Assembly: GCA_902511405.1 (NCBI GenBank)
Contig: CABXEZ010000003.1
Span: forward strand, 7,251-71,250
DNA length: 64,000 nt
From: an uncultured Alphaproteobacteria bacterium
GTDB lineage: Bacteria; Pseudomonadota; Alphaproteobacteria; HIMB59; GCA-002718135
Direction of reading: 5' to 3'
Position numbers and translations under genes: made by a program. A model generated the notes under the pieces. That model was not told where the DNA came from, did not search any database, and saw only the letters and a program-made list of their open reading frames with translations. Of the stretch, positions 37,969-47,356 are shown piece after piece (within the stretch, counting starts at the first letter, position 1; every line of letters starts with the position of its first letter).

Positions 37969-39665
37969 GTTTATTAGAAATTAAAAATTTAAACATCAGT
38001 TATAAAACTAGAAAAGAAACTATAGTTGCTAGTAGTAATGTTAATTTTACATTAGAGAGAGGTGAAATATTAGGTATTGTTGGTGAATCTGGCTCAGGTA
38101 AATCTACTATAGCTAATGCAATTATTAACTTAATTGACCCACCTGGGCAAATTACTAGCGGTACAATAAAAATTGATAATAGTGAATTGCAAAATAATGA
38201 AGAAATTATTCAACAAATAAGAGGAAAAAAAATAGGATTTGTTTTTCAAGATCCTCAAACCTCTTTAAATCCACTTTTTAAAATAAAAGATCAATTAATT
38301 GAAACAATACAAACACATTTAAATTTATCTCACGATGAGGCTCTGCAAAAATCTATTAATCTCCTAGAAGAAGTTGGAATAGAAAATGCAACTAAAAGAA
38401 TTGAAGATTATCCTCACCAATTTAGTGGAGGTATGCGTCAACGTGTTGTTATTGCTTTAGCAATAAGTTGTGAGCCAGATCTAATAATAGCAGATGAACC
38501 AACCACCGCCTTAGATGTTAGTATTCAATATCAAATCTTAGAATTATTAAAAGAACTTACAAAAAAAAGAAATTTAGGAGTTATTATTATTACTCATGAT
38601 ATGGGAGTTATTGCCGAAACTACCAATAAAGTTATTGTTATGCGTCATGGGTTAATTGTGGAGCAAGGTAATACTAAGGATTTACTAACTAACCCAAAAT
38701 CTACAGAAGCACGGAGTTTAGTTATATCAGTTCCACCAACAAATAAAAAAATTGAAAGATTTAAACTTATCAGTCCTGATGGTTCAGAAATTACAACAAG
38801 CTCAGCTAATTTAACAAAAAATATTATTAAAACTTGGGGGGTAAGAAAAAATACTAATGAAAAATTATTAGAGTTAAAAAAAATAACAAAGATTTTCGAT
38901 GATCAGTCTATCTCTTATTCAAAAAAACTAGATGAAAATGCAGTTAAGGCAGTAAACAATGTTTCATTCAAGTTATTTGAAGGAGAAACTCTTGGTTTAG
39001 TTGGGGAGTCAGGTTCTGGCAAATCAACAATCGCCAAAATCATTACTGGGCTAGTTAAACCATCATTTGGTGAGTTAGAATATAATGGTTTGTCGCTTTA
39101 TAATTCAAGAAGAAAGTATCAAATTGACAAGAGCAGGGGGCAAATACAAATGATTTTTCAAGACCCATACTCATCTTTAAATCCAAGATTTAAAGTAAAG
39201 GATATTATAGCTGAACCCATTAAATTTTTTCAAAAAAGTATTACAAGAATTGACTTGGAGCAAAATGTAAATGATTTAATTGATATTGTTGGAATGACTA
39301 GAAAATCTCTAGATCGATACCCTCATGAATTTTCTGGAGGCCAGAGACAAAGAATTTCTATTGCTAGAGCGCTTGCTACAAGACCAAGATTATTAATTTG
39401 TGATGAGCCAACATCAGCTTTAGATGTAAGTATTCAGGCACAAATATTAAATTTATTAAAAGATATTCAAGATGAGCTTGCTCTAACAATGTTATTTATA
39501 AGCCATGACTTGCCCGTTATCAGGCAGATGTGTAATAGAATTATAGTTCTTAAAAACGGTTCTATTTGTGAAACAAACGAAACTGAAAAATTATTCAATG
39601 AACCTTTTCACCAATATACAAAGCAATTAATTAACTTAATGCCAAAAATTGAATCATTAATTTAA
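37965..39665 (+). CDS. fused double-domain ABC ATP-binding protein (DppD-DppF type)
   Basis: Two Walker A motifs 'GESGSGKST', two 'FSGG(M/Q)RQR' signatures and two Walker B motifs. ATG 37965 forms an ATGA overlap with the permease stop, so the track start at 37926 is likely an over-extension. Confidence 0.88.
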   Translation: MSLLEIKNLNISYKTRKETIVASSNVNFTLERGEILGIVGESGSGKSTIANAIINLIDPPGQITSGTIKIDNSELQNNEEIIQQIRGKKIGFVFQDPQTSLNPLFKIKDQLIETIQTHLNLSHDEALQKSINLLEEVGIENATKRIEDYPHQFSGGMRQRVVIALAISCEPDLIIADEPTTALDVSIQYQILELLKELTKKRNLGVIIITHDMGVIAETTNKVIVMRHGLIVEQGNTKDLLTNPKSTEARSLVISVPPTNKKIERFKLISPDGSEITTSSANLTKNIIKTWGVRKNTNEKLLELKKITKIFDDQSISYSKKLDENAVKAVNNVSFKLFEGETLGLVGESGSGKSTIAKIITGLVKPSFGELEYNGLSLYNSRRKYQIDKSRGQIQMIFQDPYSSLNPRFKVKDIIAEPIKFFQKSITRIDLEQNVNDLIDIVGMTRKSLDRYPHEFSGGQRQRISIARALATRPRLLICDEPTSALDVSIQAQILNLLKDIQDELALTMLFISHDLPVIRQMCNRIIVLKNGSICETNETEKLFNEPFHQYTKQLINLMPKIESLI

Positions 39666-39671
39666 TTATTT

Positions 39672-40583
39672 TTAACAATCTGCAGCTGGTGAATTTTGAA
39701 ACGCTTTTTTAACTAAATCAATAAATTCTTCAGTATATTTTTTTTGTCTATTTTTTTTTGAAACTATAATCCCAACTTTGTTATTAAGGAATAACTTGTG
39801 ATTAATTTTTTTAAAGATTAAATGGTTACTTTCTATTTCTTTTATAGAACCCACGCTTGTAAAAAAGGTTAAATAATTAACATCTTCAATTAGATAATTT
39901 TTAATAAATGCAACTGAATTGGATATCAAATTAGGATTTATAGAAAATAATTTTTCCCCAACTTCTCTTTGTATTGAATTCCAAAATGTAACAGTACCTG
40001 GGTGAAATATTAATGGAAATTTAAGACAATCTTCTAATGTAATCTCAGTTTTATGCGCTAATATATGCTCCGGTGAGCAGAGCATACCAATAGGAAAGTT
40101 ACAAACATACACAGATTTAAGTGTATTAGGTAAATTTTTAGTAAAAGAAATTCCAAAGTCTGTTTTATTTGTAATTAGGTTATCAATGATAGTTTCAGGT
40201 TGTCTAGATGATATTTTAATTTTTATATCTGGGTATATTTTTCTAAATTTAGAAATTATTGGTGATAAAAATTGAACAGCAAATGTTTCACCTGTGGAGA
40301 TATTGATTTCACCAGAAGTACTAGTTTTATTTTGTTTTAAATTTGATAGAAAATTTTGATTTGTTTCATTTTGTATACTCAGATGATCAAATAAAAGTTT
40401 CCCTTCTTCAGTTAACTCTAACCCTCTTGCATTTCTTATGAAAAGTTTTGTTTGCAATCTGTCTTCAAGTTTCTGAATTTGCCTAACTATAGCTGAGGAA
40501 TTAATATTTAAATTTTGAGAAGCTTTTCTTATGGAGGTATCTAAAGCTGATTGGTAAAAATATCTGTATTCAATTGAAAGCAC
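39672..40583 (-). CDS. LysR-family transcriptional regulator
   Basis: 303 aa. N-terminal wHTH 'SIRKASQNLNINSSAIVRQIQKLEDRLQTKLFIRNARGLELTEEG' plus a substrate-binding-domain-length C-terminus. Divergent from the 40679 operon. Confidence 0.88.
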   Translation of the reverse strand: MLSIEYRYFYQSALDTSIRKASQNLNINSSAIVRQIQKLEDRLQTKLFIRNARGLELTEEGKLLFDHLSIQNETNQNFLSNLKQNKTSTSGEINISTGETFAVQFLSPIISKFRKIYPDIKIKISSRQPETIIDNLITNKTDFGISFTKNLPNTLKSVYVCNFPIGMLCSPEHILAHKTEITLEDCLKFPLIFHPGTVTFWNSIQREVGEKLFSINPNLISNSVAFIKNYLIEDVNYLTFFTSVGSIKEIESNHLIFKKINHKLFLNNKVGIIVSKKNRQKKYTEEFIDLVKKAFQNSPAADC

Positions 40584-40599
40584 ACTTAATTATAAATTA

Positions 40600-40620
40600 G
40601 TGATGAGAATTAGTCATCAC
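40600..40620. promoter_or_regulatory. GTGAT-N11-ATCAC interrupted dyad (LysR-type T-N11-A box candidate)
   Basis: GTGATGA GAATTAG TCATCAC, read directly, 17 nt upstream of the LysR start in the 95-bp divergent region. Confidence 0.5.
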
Positions 40621-40678
40621 ATAATTGATTTTATTTATCTTTTGGCATCTTGCTTTCTCTGGTAAATTATAAATTAAA

Positions 40679-41170
40679 ATGGATTACCGTCAAAGAGCTC
40701 TCATTAATCAAGATAAATCAATGCGAATTAAGCATATGGCTTTTGCTGTCAAAAGTGTAGATAAAGCTCTATTAAATTTTCAATCTTTTTTATCTGTATC
40801 TTCGAAAACTGAGAAAGTTATTTGGGAAAAGGCAGAAACTAAAGTCGCAATCTTTTTTATAAATGATATTGAATTTCAACTTTGTGAGTCATTGAATAAA
40901 GCTGGGAGGTTTACAGAGTGGATTGAAAAATATGGTGAGGGCTTACATCATATTTGTTATGAAGTTGACGATATAAATAAAGTTTTAGATCATGCAAAAA
41001 AACATAATGCTAAGCTACGAATATGTGAAGCTTGTAAAGTGTATGGAAGTCATCCACATCCCGAGGGATTTGTTGCTTTTTTAGATAATGAAGTATCTGG
41101 AACTGAAATTGAATTTATGCAAGTTTATACAGAAGCAGAATTAGAAAAACACAAAATTTCAGGAGTATAA
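40679..41170 (+). CDS. VOC (glyoxalase/methylmalonyl-CoA-epimerase-fold) protein, CxxC/HPHPEG subfamily
   Basis: 163 aa. 'IKHMAFAV', 'GLHHICYEV' and 'IEFMQV' are VOC metal-ligand blocks. The start may be the internal Met at 40721. Paralog at 59405. Confidence 0.75.
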   Translation: MDYRQRALINQDKSMRIKHMAFAVKSVDKALLNFQSFLSVSSKTEKVIWEKAETKVAIFFINDIEFQLCESLNKAGRFTEWIEKYGEGLHHICYEVDDINKVLDHAKKHNAKLRICEACKVYGSHPHPEGFVAFLDNEVSGTEIEFMQVYTEAELEKHKISGV

Positions 41171-41171
41171 T

Positions 41172-42155
41172 ATGACGGCCACTATTGAAATAGGTACAGC
41201 AAAGGCACTTCCAGGGACCATTCAAGATGGTAAAATTATTGTTGAAAAATTGGCAGGTGGTGGAGAAATTGCAATTCCTGTAACGATTATCAATGGTCAA
41301 AAAGATGGTCCATGTTTTTGGATCAATGGAGGAATTCATGGTGATGAGCCGGAGGGTATTTTAACATGTTCGCTTTTAAGAAAAGCTGTAGATCCAAAAG
41401 ATTTATCAGGATCTATTGTTCTTGTTCCAGTTATAAATGTTCCTGCAATGGAAGCGGCAGAAAGAGGTAATCCACTTGATACCTTTTCTTATGATATGAA
41501 TAGAATTTATCCTGGTAGAGAAAACGGTTATTTAAGTGAGCGTATTGCTAATATTCATATGGAATGGATGGTTAAATTTGCTGATATGGAAATATCTATT
41601 CACTCAGGAGGTAGTCATTCTTATCTAGCTGAGGCAATGTTTGCTGCAACTGATAGTAAAACACAAGAATTAGCAAGAGCAATGGGGGAGGATTGGAGAG
41701 TGTGCCTATACTCTAATGTAACTTCAAAAAGCCCCATGGCTGTAATGGCTGAAATTGGTAAACCTGCTTTAACTGTAGAATTAGGTGGCAGATCTTCTAC
41801 TGCTCCGGGTGCATTCTTAAACGTTGGTAAAACATTGCTTAAAGCTTGTATTAATATTTTGACTCATTATAAAATGATTAAAGGTTTGCCCCATTATCCT
41901 TCAATTAGATATAAAGGGTTTCAACAAGCATTATTAGCGCCTAAAAGTGGAATATTTCTTCCAAACTCTGAAATTAAATTTTTAACGATGATGAATAAAA
42001 ATGATCATATTGCTTCAATTATTGATTACTATGGAAGTGAGCTTTGTAAACTTTCAGCACCAGAAGATGGAATGATATTTGGATTAAGAGCGCTTCCAAA
42101 TGTAACAATTGGAGAATGGTGTTGTTTTTTTGCTATAATTGAAGGCGAATGGTAA
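41172..42155 (+). CDS. succinylglutamate desuccinylase/aspartoacylase (AstE/AspA, M14-like) family deacylase
   Basis: 327 aa. 'GGIHGDEPEG' zinc motif and 'NRIYPG'. Confidence 0.8.
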   Translation: MTATIEIGTAKALPGTIQDGKIIVEKLAGGGEIAIPVTIINGQKDGPCFWINGGIHGDEPEGILTCSLLRKAVDPKDLSGSIVLVPVINVPAMEAAERGNPLDTFSYDMNRIYPGRENGYLSERIANIHMEWMVKFADMEISIHSGGSHSYLAEAMFAATDSKTQELARAMGEDWRVCLYSNVTSKSPMAVMAEIGKPALTVELGGRSSTAPGAFLNVGKTLLKACINILTHYKMIKGLPHYPSIRYKGFQQALLAPKSGIFLPNSEIKFLTMMNKNDHIASIIDYYGSELCKLSAPEDGMIFGLRALPNVTIGEWCCFFAIIEGEW

Positions 42156-42164
42156 TTAAAACAA

Positions 42165-43070
42165 ATGAAAATTTTAGAAAGAGACTTTACCGGCTATGGC
42201 AAAGAACCACCTAATCCAAATTGGCCAAAAAAATCAAGACTCGCAATAAATTTCGTAATAAATGTTGAAGAAGGTTCAGAATATTCTCCTCTGCTCGGAG
42301 ACCTAAAATCTGAGTCAGGGCTATCTGAGGTTCCTGGAGGAAGGCACAATCAAAATCAAAGAGATTTAGCAATTGAATCAATTTATGAATATGGGTCTAG
42401 AGTAGGTTTTTGGAGAATAACTAAATTGTTGGATAATTATAAAATGCCCCATACTTTTTTTGTGTGTGCTTTGACACTGCTTCAAAATAAGGAAATATGT
42501 GAACACATTAAAAATTCTTCTAACGATATATGTTGCCATGGTTACAGATGGGAAGAGCATTATAGGTTAAATAAAATTATTGAAAAAAAACAAATAAAAA
42601 AAGCATATGATTTAATTCTAAAACTCACTAACAAAAAAGCTAAAGGTTGGTACTGTAGATATGCTCCAAGTGAAAATACTAGAAAATTACTTATTCAAAA
42701 TGGAAATTTCTTATATGATAGTGATGCATATAATGATGATTTGCCTTACTGGGTTGAGACTGGAGAAAAAAAACATTTAGTAATACCTTATTCTTTAGAT
42801 ACAAATGATGTTCATTTTAAGTTACCATCAGGATTTAGTGGCTCAACACAATTTTACGAATATGTATGTGATTCTATAAATTATTTATACAAAGAAGGTT
42901 CGCACCAACCTAAAATGCTGAATATAGGCCTTCATCCTAGGTTAATCGGAAGACCTGGAAGAGTTGTTGCAATAGAAAAAATTATAAAACACATAAGAAG
43001 TCTTAACAAGATTTGGGTATGCAAAAGAGAGGACGTTGCTCACCATTGGTATGCAAATTTTTATGAATAA
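42165..43070 (+). CDS. polysaccharide-deacetylase-fold hydrolase, PuuE-type allantoinase-like
   Basis: 301 aa. 'RDFTGYG...NWP', 'NVEEGSE', 'YEYGSRVGFWR', 'HGYRWEEH', 'YDSDAYNDDLPYW' and 'GLHPRLIGRPGR' follow the PuuE-like pattern. Confidence 0.75.
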   Translation: MKILERDFTGYGKEPPNPNWPKKSRLAINFVINVEEGSEYSPLLGDLKSESGLSEVPGGRHNQNQRDLAIESIYEYGSRVGFWRITKLLDNYKMPHTFFVCALTLLQNKEICEHIKNSSNDICCHGYRWEEHYRLNKIIEKKQIKKAYDLILKLTNKKAKGWYCRYAPSENTRKLLIQNGNFLYDSDAYNDDLPYWVETGEKKHLVIPYSLDTNDVHFKLPSGFSGSTQFYEYVCDSINYLYKEGSHQPKMLNIGLHPRLIGRPGRVVAIEKIIKHIRSLNKIWVCKREDVAHHWYANFYE

Positions 43071-44307
43071 TACTCAATACTCAAAATATCTTTTTAATAA
43101 AATTAAATCACTAACATTTGCAAACCCTGGTGTGACAAGAGAAACTTACGGTAAAGGTGAAAATGTAACTCACAAATTTTTAATTAAAGAATTAAAAAAA
43201 TTTTCTAATTCAGTAGAGATTGATTATGGAGGAAATTTTTTAGCTTTATACAAAGGAAAATCAAAAAAAATTATAGTGATTGGATCTCACCTAGATAGTC
43301 AAAAACATGGAGGTAATTTTGATGGTTTAGCTGGAGTACTAATGGGCATTATTTTAATTAAAACTCTCTACGAAAATAATATTACACCTAACTTTTCGAT
43401 TGGTGTAATGGGTATTAGAGGTGAAGAGAGCTGCTGGTTTCCTTATAGTTATATTGGAAGTAAAATAGCTGTTGGTAAGTTTGATAAAAAACTCCTCCAT
43501 TCTCTTGTAAGGTCAGATTCTAAAAAATCTTTATTTTATCATATCAACAAATCTGGATTTGATGCTAACAAAGTAAGTCAGGGTAAGGTGAAGTTTGATT
43601 TAAAAAATTTCAAATATTTTATAGAGCCTCACATAGAGCAGGGGCCAGTGCTTGAAAGGAATAAACTCCCTTTGGGTATAGTTACTAGTATTAGAGGCAG
43701 TTTTAGATTTAGAGATGCTGTTTGTAAAGGCGAGTACTTACATTCTGGAGCAACTCCAATTGATTATAGAAAAGATTCAGTTGTTGCAGTGTCATCATTG
43801 GTTAATGATATGAATATTTATTGGGAAGATCAACTAAAAAAAGGGAGAGATTTAACTATAACTTTTGGTCAATTCTTTACAGATTTTGAAGAACATTCTT
43901 TTGCTAAAAGTGCTGGACATGTAAGTTTTTGTATTGATGTAAGAAGTAGTTCGAAAGCGGTTCTTAAAAGCTCAAAAAAATATTTATTAAGTAAAATAAA
44001 GAGGATTGAGTTAAAAACAAAAACAACATTTTCTTTAGGAAAAGAAACAAACTCAGAACCTGCAATAATGAGTAAAAAATTAGTTAGAGTTTTTGAAGAT
44101 TATTCAAAATCAATTAAGATGAAGCCTATGATTTTGCCAAGTGGTGCTGGTCACGATTCTAGTGTTTTTGCAAATTTTGGTATCCCTTCTTTAATGTTAT
44201 TTATTCGTAATAAACACGGTAGTCATAATCCTAAAGAATATATGGGTATAAAAAATTTTATGACAGTGTTTGACGTTCTTTATGGAGTTATCATAAAAAA
44301 ATTATGA
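43063..44307 (+). CDS. M20-family amidohydrolase (allantoate amidohydrolase / N-carbamoyl-L-amino-acid hydrolase-like)
   Basis: 'IGSHLDSQKHGGNFDGLAGV' and 'SGAGHDS' motifs. ATG 43063 gives an ATGAATAA overlap with the previous stop. Alternative starts at 43036 and 43051. Confidence 0.78.
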   Translation: MNNTQYSKYLFNKIKSLTFANPGVTRETYGKGENVTHKFLIKELKKFSNSVEIDYGGNFLALYKGKSKKIIVIGSHLDSQKHGGNFDGLAGVLMGIILIKTLYENNITPNFSIGVMGIRGEESCWFPYSYIGSKIAVGKFDKKLLHSLVRSDSKKSLFYHINKSGFDANKVSQGKVKFDLKNFKYFIEPHIEQGPVLERNKLPLGIVTSIRGSFRFRDAVCKGEYLHSGATPIDYRKDSVVAVSSLVNDMNIYWEDQLKKGRDLTITFGQFFTDFEEHSFAKSAGHVSFCIDVRSSSKAVLKSSKKYLLSKIKRIELKTKTTFSLGKETNSEPAIMSKKLVRVFEDYSKSIKMKPMILPSGAGHDSSVFANFGIPSLMLFIRNKHGSHNPKEYMGIKNFMTVFDVLYGVIIKKL

Positions 44308-44311
44308 CTTT

Positions 44312-45409
44312 ATGTATGATCTAAATAAACATTACCAATCAAATAAAAAAGAAATTCTTCAATCTATCGACAAAATTCTAAACAAGGGAGTTTTGGAAAT
44401 GGGAGAAGAAGTTGAGAAATTTGAAGAAAATTTTAGCAAGTATTGTGGAGTAAAATATTCTGTAACTGTCTCTTCTGGCTCTATGGGGATTTTATTAGCA
44501 CTTAAAGCGCTGAATTTAAAAGGTAACGATGAAGTTATGACTGTTGCGAACTCTGATATACCAACCAGTCATGCAATATCTTTAGCAGGTGCTAAAATAA
44601 AATGGATAGATGTTTGTGAAGAAACTTTCAATATAGACACAAAATTACTTGATAAGAGCATTAATAAAAAATCTAAAGTTATTCTGCCTGTACATTTGTT
44701 TGGAAATCCTGCAGAAATGTTAAAGATTCAATTAATTGCAAAGAAAAATAATCTTTTAGTCATTGAAGATGCATGTCTCGCTACTGGAGCAGAATATAAT
44801 AAAAAAAAGATTGGCAGTTTATCTGATTTATGTGTTTTTAGTACAAATCCAGGAAAGGTGCTTGATGGGATTGGTTCTGGAGGTATAATAACTACAAATA
44901 ATAAAAAATTATTTATTACTCTAAAAAAACTTAGAGATTATGGTAGGCGAAGTAGGCCATCAAAATGGCCAGTGAAATCTGATTTAATTGGCTATAATTC
45001 TAAAATGTCCTCTATTAATGCAGCAATATTAAATATTCGTTTAAAATATTTGGATTCCTATATTGAAAAGAGAAATCAAAATGCTTTGATGTATATGGAT
45101 TTATTAGACTCCAAAAAAATTAAATTTCAAAAAGTTTTAGACAATTCAAAATCTGCATGGAGAAATTTCACAATAAGAGTAAAGAATAGAAACCAAATTT
45201 ACTCTGAATTATATGATAAAAATTTTAAAGTTGCTTTGGGATATTTACCAATTAATTATAAAGATGGATGCTATAAAAAATTAGGAAAGAATATTAATTT
45301 GAAAACTACAGAGATAATTAGTTCTGAAATAATTAATTTACCCTGCCATCAATATATGTCTAAAAAAGAAATATTCAAAATATCAAAAAATATTTTAAGT
45401 CTAGTTTAG
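44312..45409 (+). CDS. DegT/DnrJ/EryC1/StrS-family PLP aminotransferase
   Basis: 365 aa. 'PVHLFGNPA', 'VIEDACLATGAEY' and 'FSTNPGKVL' (PLP Lys). Confidence 0.8.
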   Translation: MYDLNKHYQSNKKEILQSIDKILNKGVLEMGEEVEKFEENFSKYCGVKYSVTVSSGSMGILLALKALNLKGNDEVMTVANSDIPTSHAISLAGAKIKWIDVCEETFNIDTKLLDKSINKKSKVILPVHLFGNPAEMLKIQLIAKKNNLLVIEDACLATGAEYNKKKIGSLSDLCVFSTNPGKVLDGIGSGGIITTNNKKLFITLKKLRDYGRRSRPSKWPVKSDLIGYNSKMSSINAAILNIRLKYLDSYIEKRNQNALMYMDLLDSKKIKFQKVLDNSKSAWRNFTIRVKNRNQIYSELYDKNFKVALGYLPINYKDGCYKKLGKNINLKTTEIISSEIINLPCHQYMSKKEIFKISKNILSLV

Positions 45410-46371
45410 TTGCAATTTACACAGCATTGATCAACCCAGTGATCAGGAGCAACTTCAATAAGACCCATTTCTATTTTTCCTTCTTTACATTCATGCGATG
45501 GGTTTGGGCATCTGGTTCTGAATACACATCCAGAGGGCGGATTGATAGGGCTTGGAATATCACCTTTAAGTAAAATTTTATTTTTATTTTTCCTAAATAT
45601 TTGAGGTGCTGTTTCAATTAATGATTTTGTGTAAGGGTGTTTAGGATTGGAAAAAAGATTTTTTGTAATAGCTACTTCAACTATATGTCCAAGATACATT
45701 ACCATTACTCTGTCAGCAATTTGGTTAATTACTGACAAATCATGAGATATAAATAGAATTGTTAGGGAATACTTTTCTTTTAATTCTAGAATTAAATTTA
45801 GAATTTGTGCTTGGATAGTAACATCAAGAGCTGAAACTGGTTCGTCAGCAATAATAAATTTAGGATCTAAAACTAATGATCTTGCAATACCTATTCTTTG
45901 TCTCTGACCTCCTGAAAATTCATGAGGGTATCTATTCAAATGTTCTTCTTGAAGTCCTACATCTTTGATTATTGTTAAAACTTTTTCATATATTTCCTGT
46001 TTATTCAAATTGGTATGAATTTTTAATCCTTGTGAAATAATATCGAATATTTTTTTTCTTGGATCTAGACTTGCAAAAGGGTCTTGAAATATTATTTGAA
46101 ATTCCTTTCTTAGTTTCCGCATCTCTTTTTCACTATAATCAATGATGTTATTATTATTATATAAAATTTCTCCTGCAGAGGGTTCAATCAGCCTAATAAT
46201 TGACCTACCTAAAGTCGTTTTACCTGATCCAGACTCACCAACAAGTCCAAGTATTTCACCTTCAGGTATCTTAAAATTTATATTTTCAACAGCCTTAACC
46301 TCACCATAATTTTTATTAAAAAAACCTCCCTTTATGGGAAAATATTTTCTTAAATTTTTTATTTCAATCAT
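45406..46371 (-). CDS. oligopeptide/dipeptide-type ABC ATP-binding protein (DppF/OppF-like) with Cys-rich tail
   Basis: The likely start is 'MIEIKNLRKYF' at 46371. Walker A 'GESGSGKTT', 'FSGGQRQR', and C-terminus 'PSGCVFRTRCPNPSHECK...DQCCVNCN'. Confidence 0.85.
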   Translation of the reverse strand: MIEIKNLRKYFPIKGGFFNKNYGEVKAVENINFKIPEGEILGLVGESGSGKTTLGRSIIRLIEPSAGEILYNNNNIIDYSEKEMRKLRKEFQIIFQDPFASLDPRKKIFDIISQGLKIHTNLNKQEIYEKVLTIIKDVGLQEEHLNRYPHEFSGGQRQRIGIARSLVLDPKFIIADEPVSALDVTIQAQILNLILELKEKYSLTILFISHDLSVINQIADRVMVMYLGHIVEVAITKNLFSNPKHPYTKSLIETAPQIFRKNKNKILLKGDIPSPINPPSGCVFRTRCPNPSHECKEGKIEMGLIEVAPDHWVDQCCVNCN

Positions 46372-46372
46372 G

Positions 46373-47356
46373 TTAATTACAGTTGTAACAACACTGATCA
46401 ACAAAATGACCAGGTTTTGGTTCAATTAAACCCATCTCACTAGTTCCATGTTTACATTCATGTGATGGATTTGGACATCTAGTTCTGAATACACATCCAG
46501 AAGGCGGATTGATAGGGCTTGGAATTTCCCCCTTTAATAATTTTATCTTTCTTTTCTCTTCTGTAATTTGAGGCGCTATATCTATAAGAGATTTTGTGTA
46601 TGAATGAAGAGGATTGTTAAATAACTCTTTTGTTTCAGCAATTTCCATAACATTGCCAAGATACATTACCATAACATGATCTGAAATTTCAGAAACCACG
46701 CCCAAGTCGTGAGTAATAAAGATAATTGACATCCCAAGTTTTTTTTGAAGTTCTTGCATCAATTCAATAATTTGTGCTTGTATAGTGACATCTAAGGCAG
46801 TGGTTGGTTCATCTGCTATAAGAATTTTTGGATTGCAAGATAGTGCCATAGCAATCATAGCTCTTTGACGCATTCCACCGGAAAGCTCGTGCGGAAAAGA
46901 GTCAATTCTTTTTTGAGGCTCAGGTATCCCAACTAAATCCAGCATATCAATTGCAATTTTTCTTGCCTCTTTTTTATTTTTATTTTGATGCAGCATTATT
47001 ACTTCAGAAATTTGAAAAGAAAGATCATATACAGGATTTAAACTTGTCATAGGTTCTTGAAAAATCATTGAGATACTATTACCTCTAATTTTTCTCATTT
47101 CTTTTTCTTCCATGTTAATTAGGTTATTGTTGTTAAAAATAATCTCACCTCTATCTGTTGAAGCTAAGTTATTAGGCAATAAACCCATTATTGATAATGC
47201 AGTAATAGATTTGCCTGATCCAGACTCACCAACTATTGCAAAAGTCTTACCAGCTTCAAGATCAAAAGAAACTCCATCGACAGCTTTTACAATTGAATTT
47301 CCAACAGTAAAATGTGTTTTTAAATTTTTTACACTTAGTAATTTTTCTTTACTCAT
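46373..47356 (-). CDS. oligopeptide/dipeptide-type ABC ATP-binding protein (DppD/OppD-like) with Cys-rich tail
   Basis: 327 aa. 'GESGSGKS', 'LSGGMRQR', and C-terminus 'PSGCVFRTRCPNPSHECK...DQCCYNCN'. Confidence 0.85.
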   Translation of the reverse strand: MSKEKLLSVKNLKTHFTVGNSIVKAVDGVSFDLEAGKTFAIVGESGSGKSITALSIMGLLPNNLASTDRGEIIFNNNNLINMEEKEMRKIRGNSISMIFQEPMTSLNPVYDLSFQISEVIMLHQNKNKKEARKIAIDMLDLVGIPEPQKRIDSFPHELSGGMRQRAMIAMALSCNPKILIADEPTTALDVTIQAQIIELMQELQKKLGMSIIFITHDLGVVSEISDHVMVMYLGNVMEIAETKELFNNPLHSYTKSLIDIAPQITEEKRKIKLLKGEIPSPINPPSGCVFRTRCPNPSHECKHGTSEMGLIEPKPGHFVDQCCYNCN

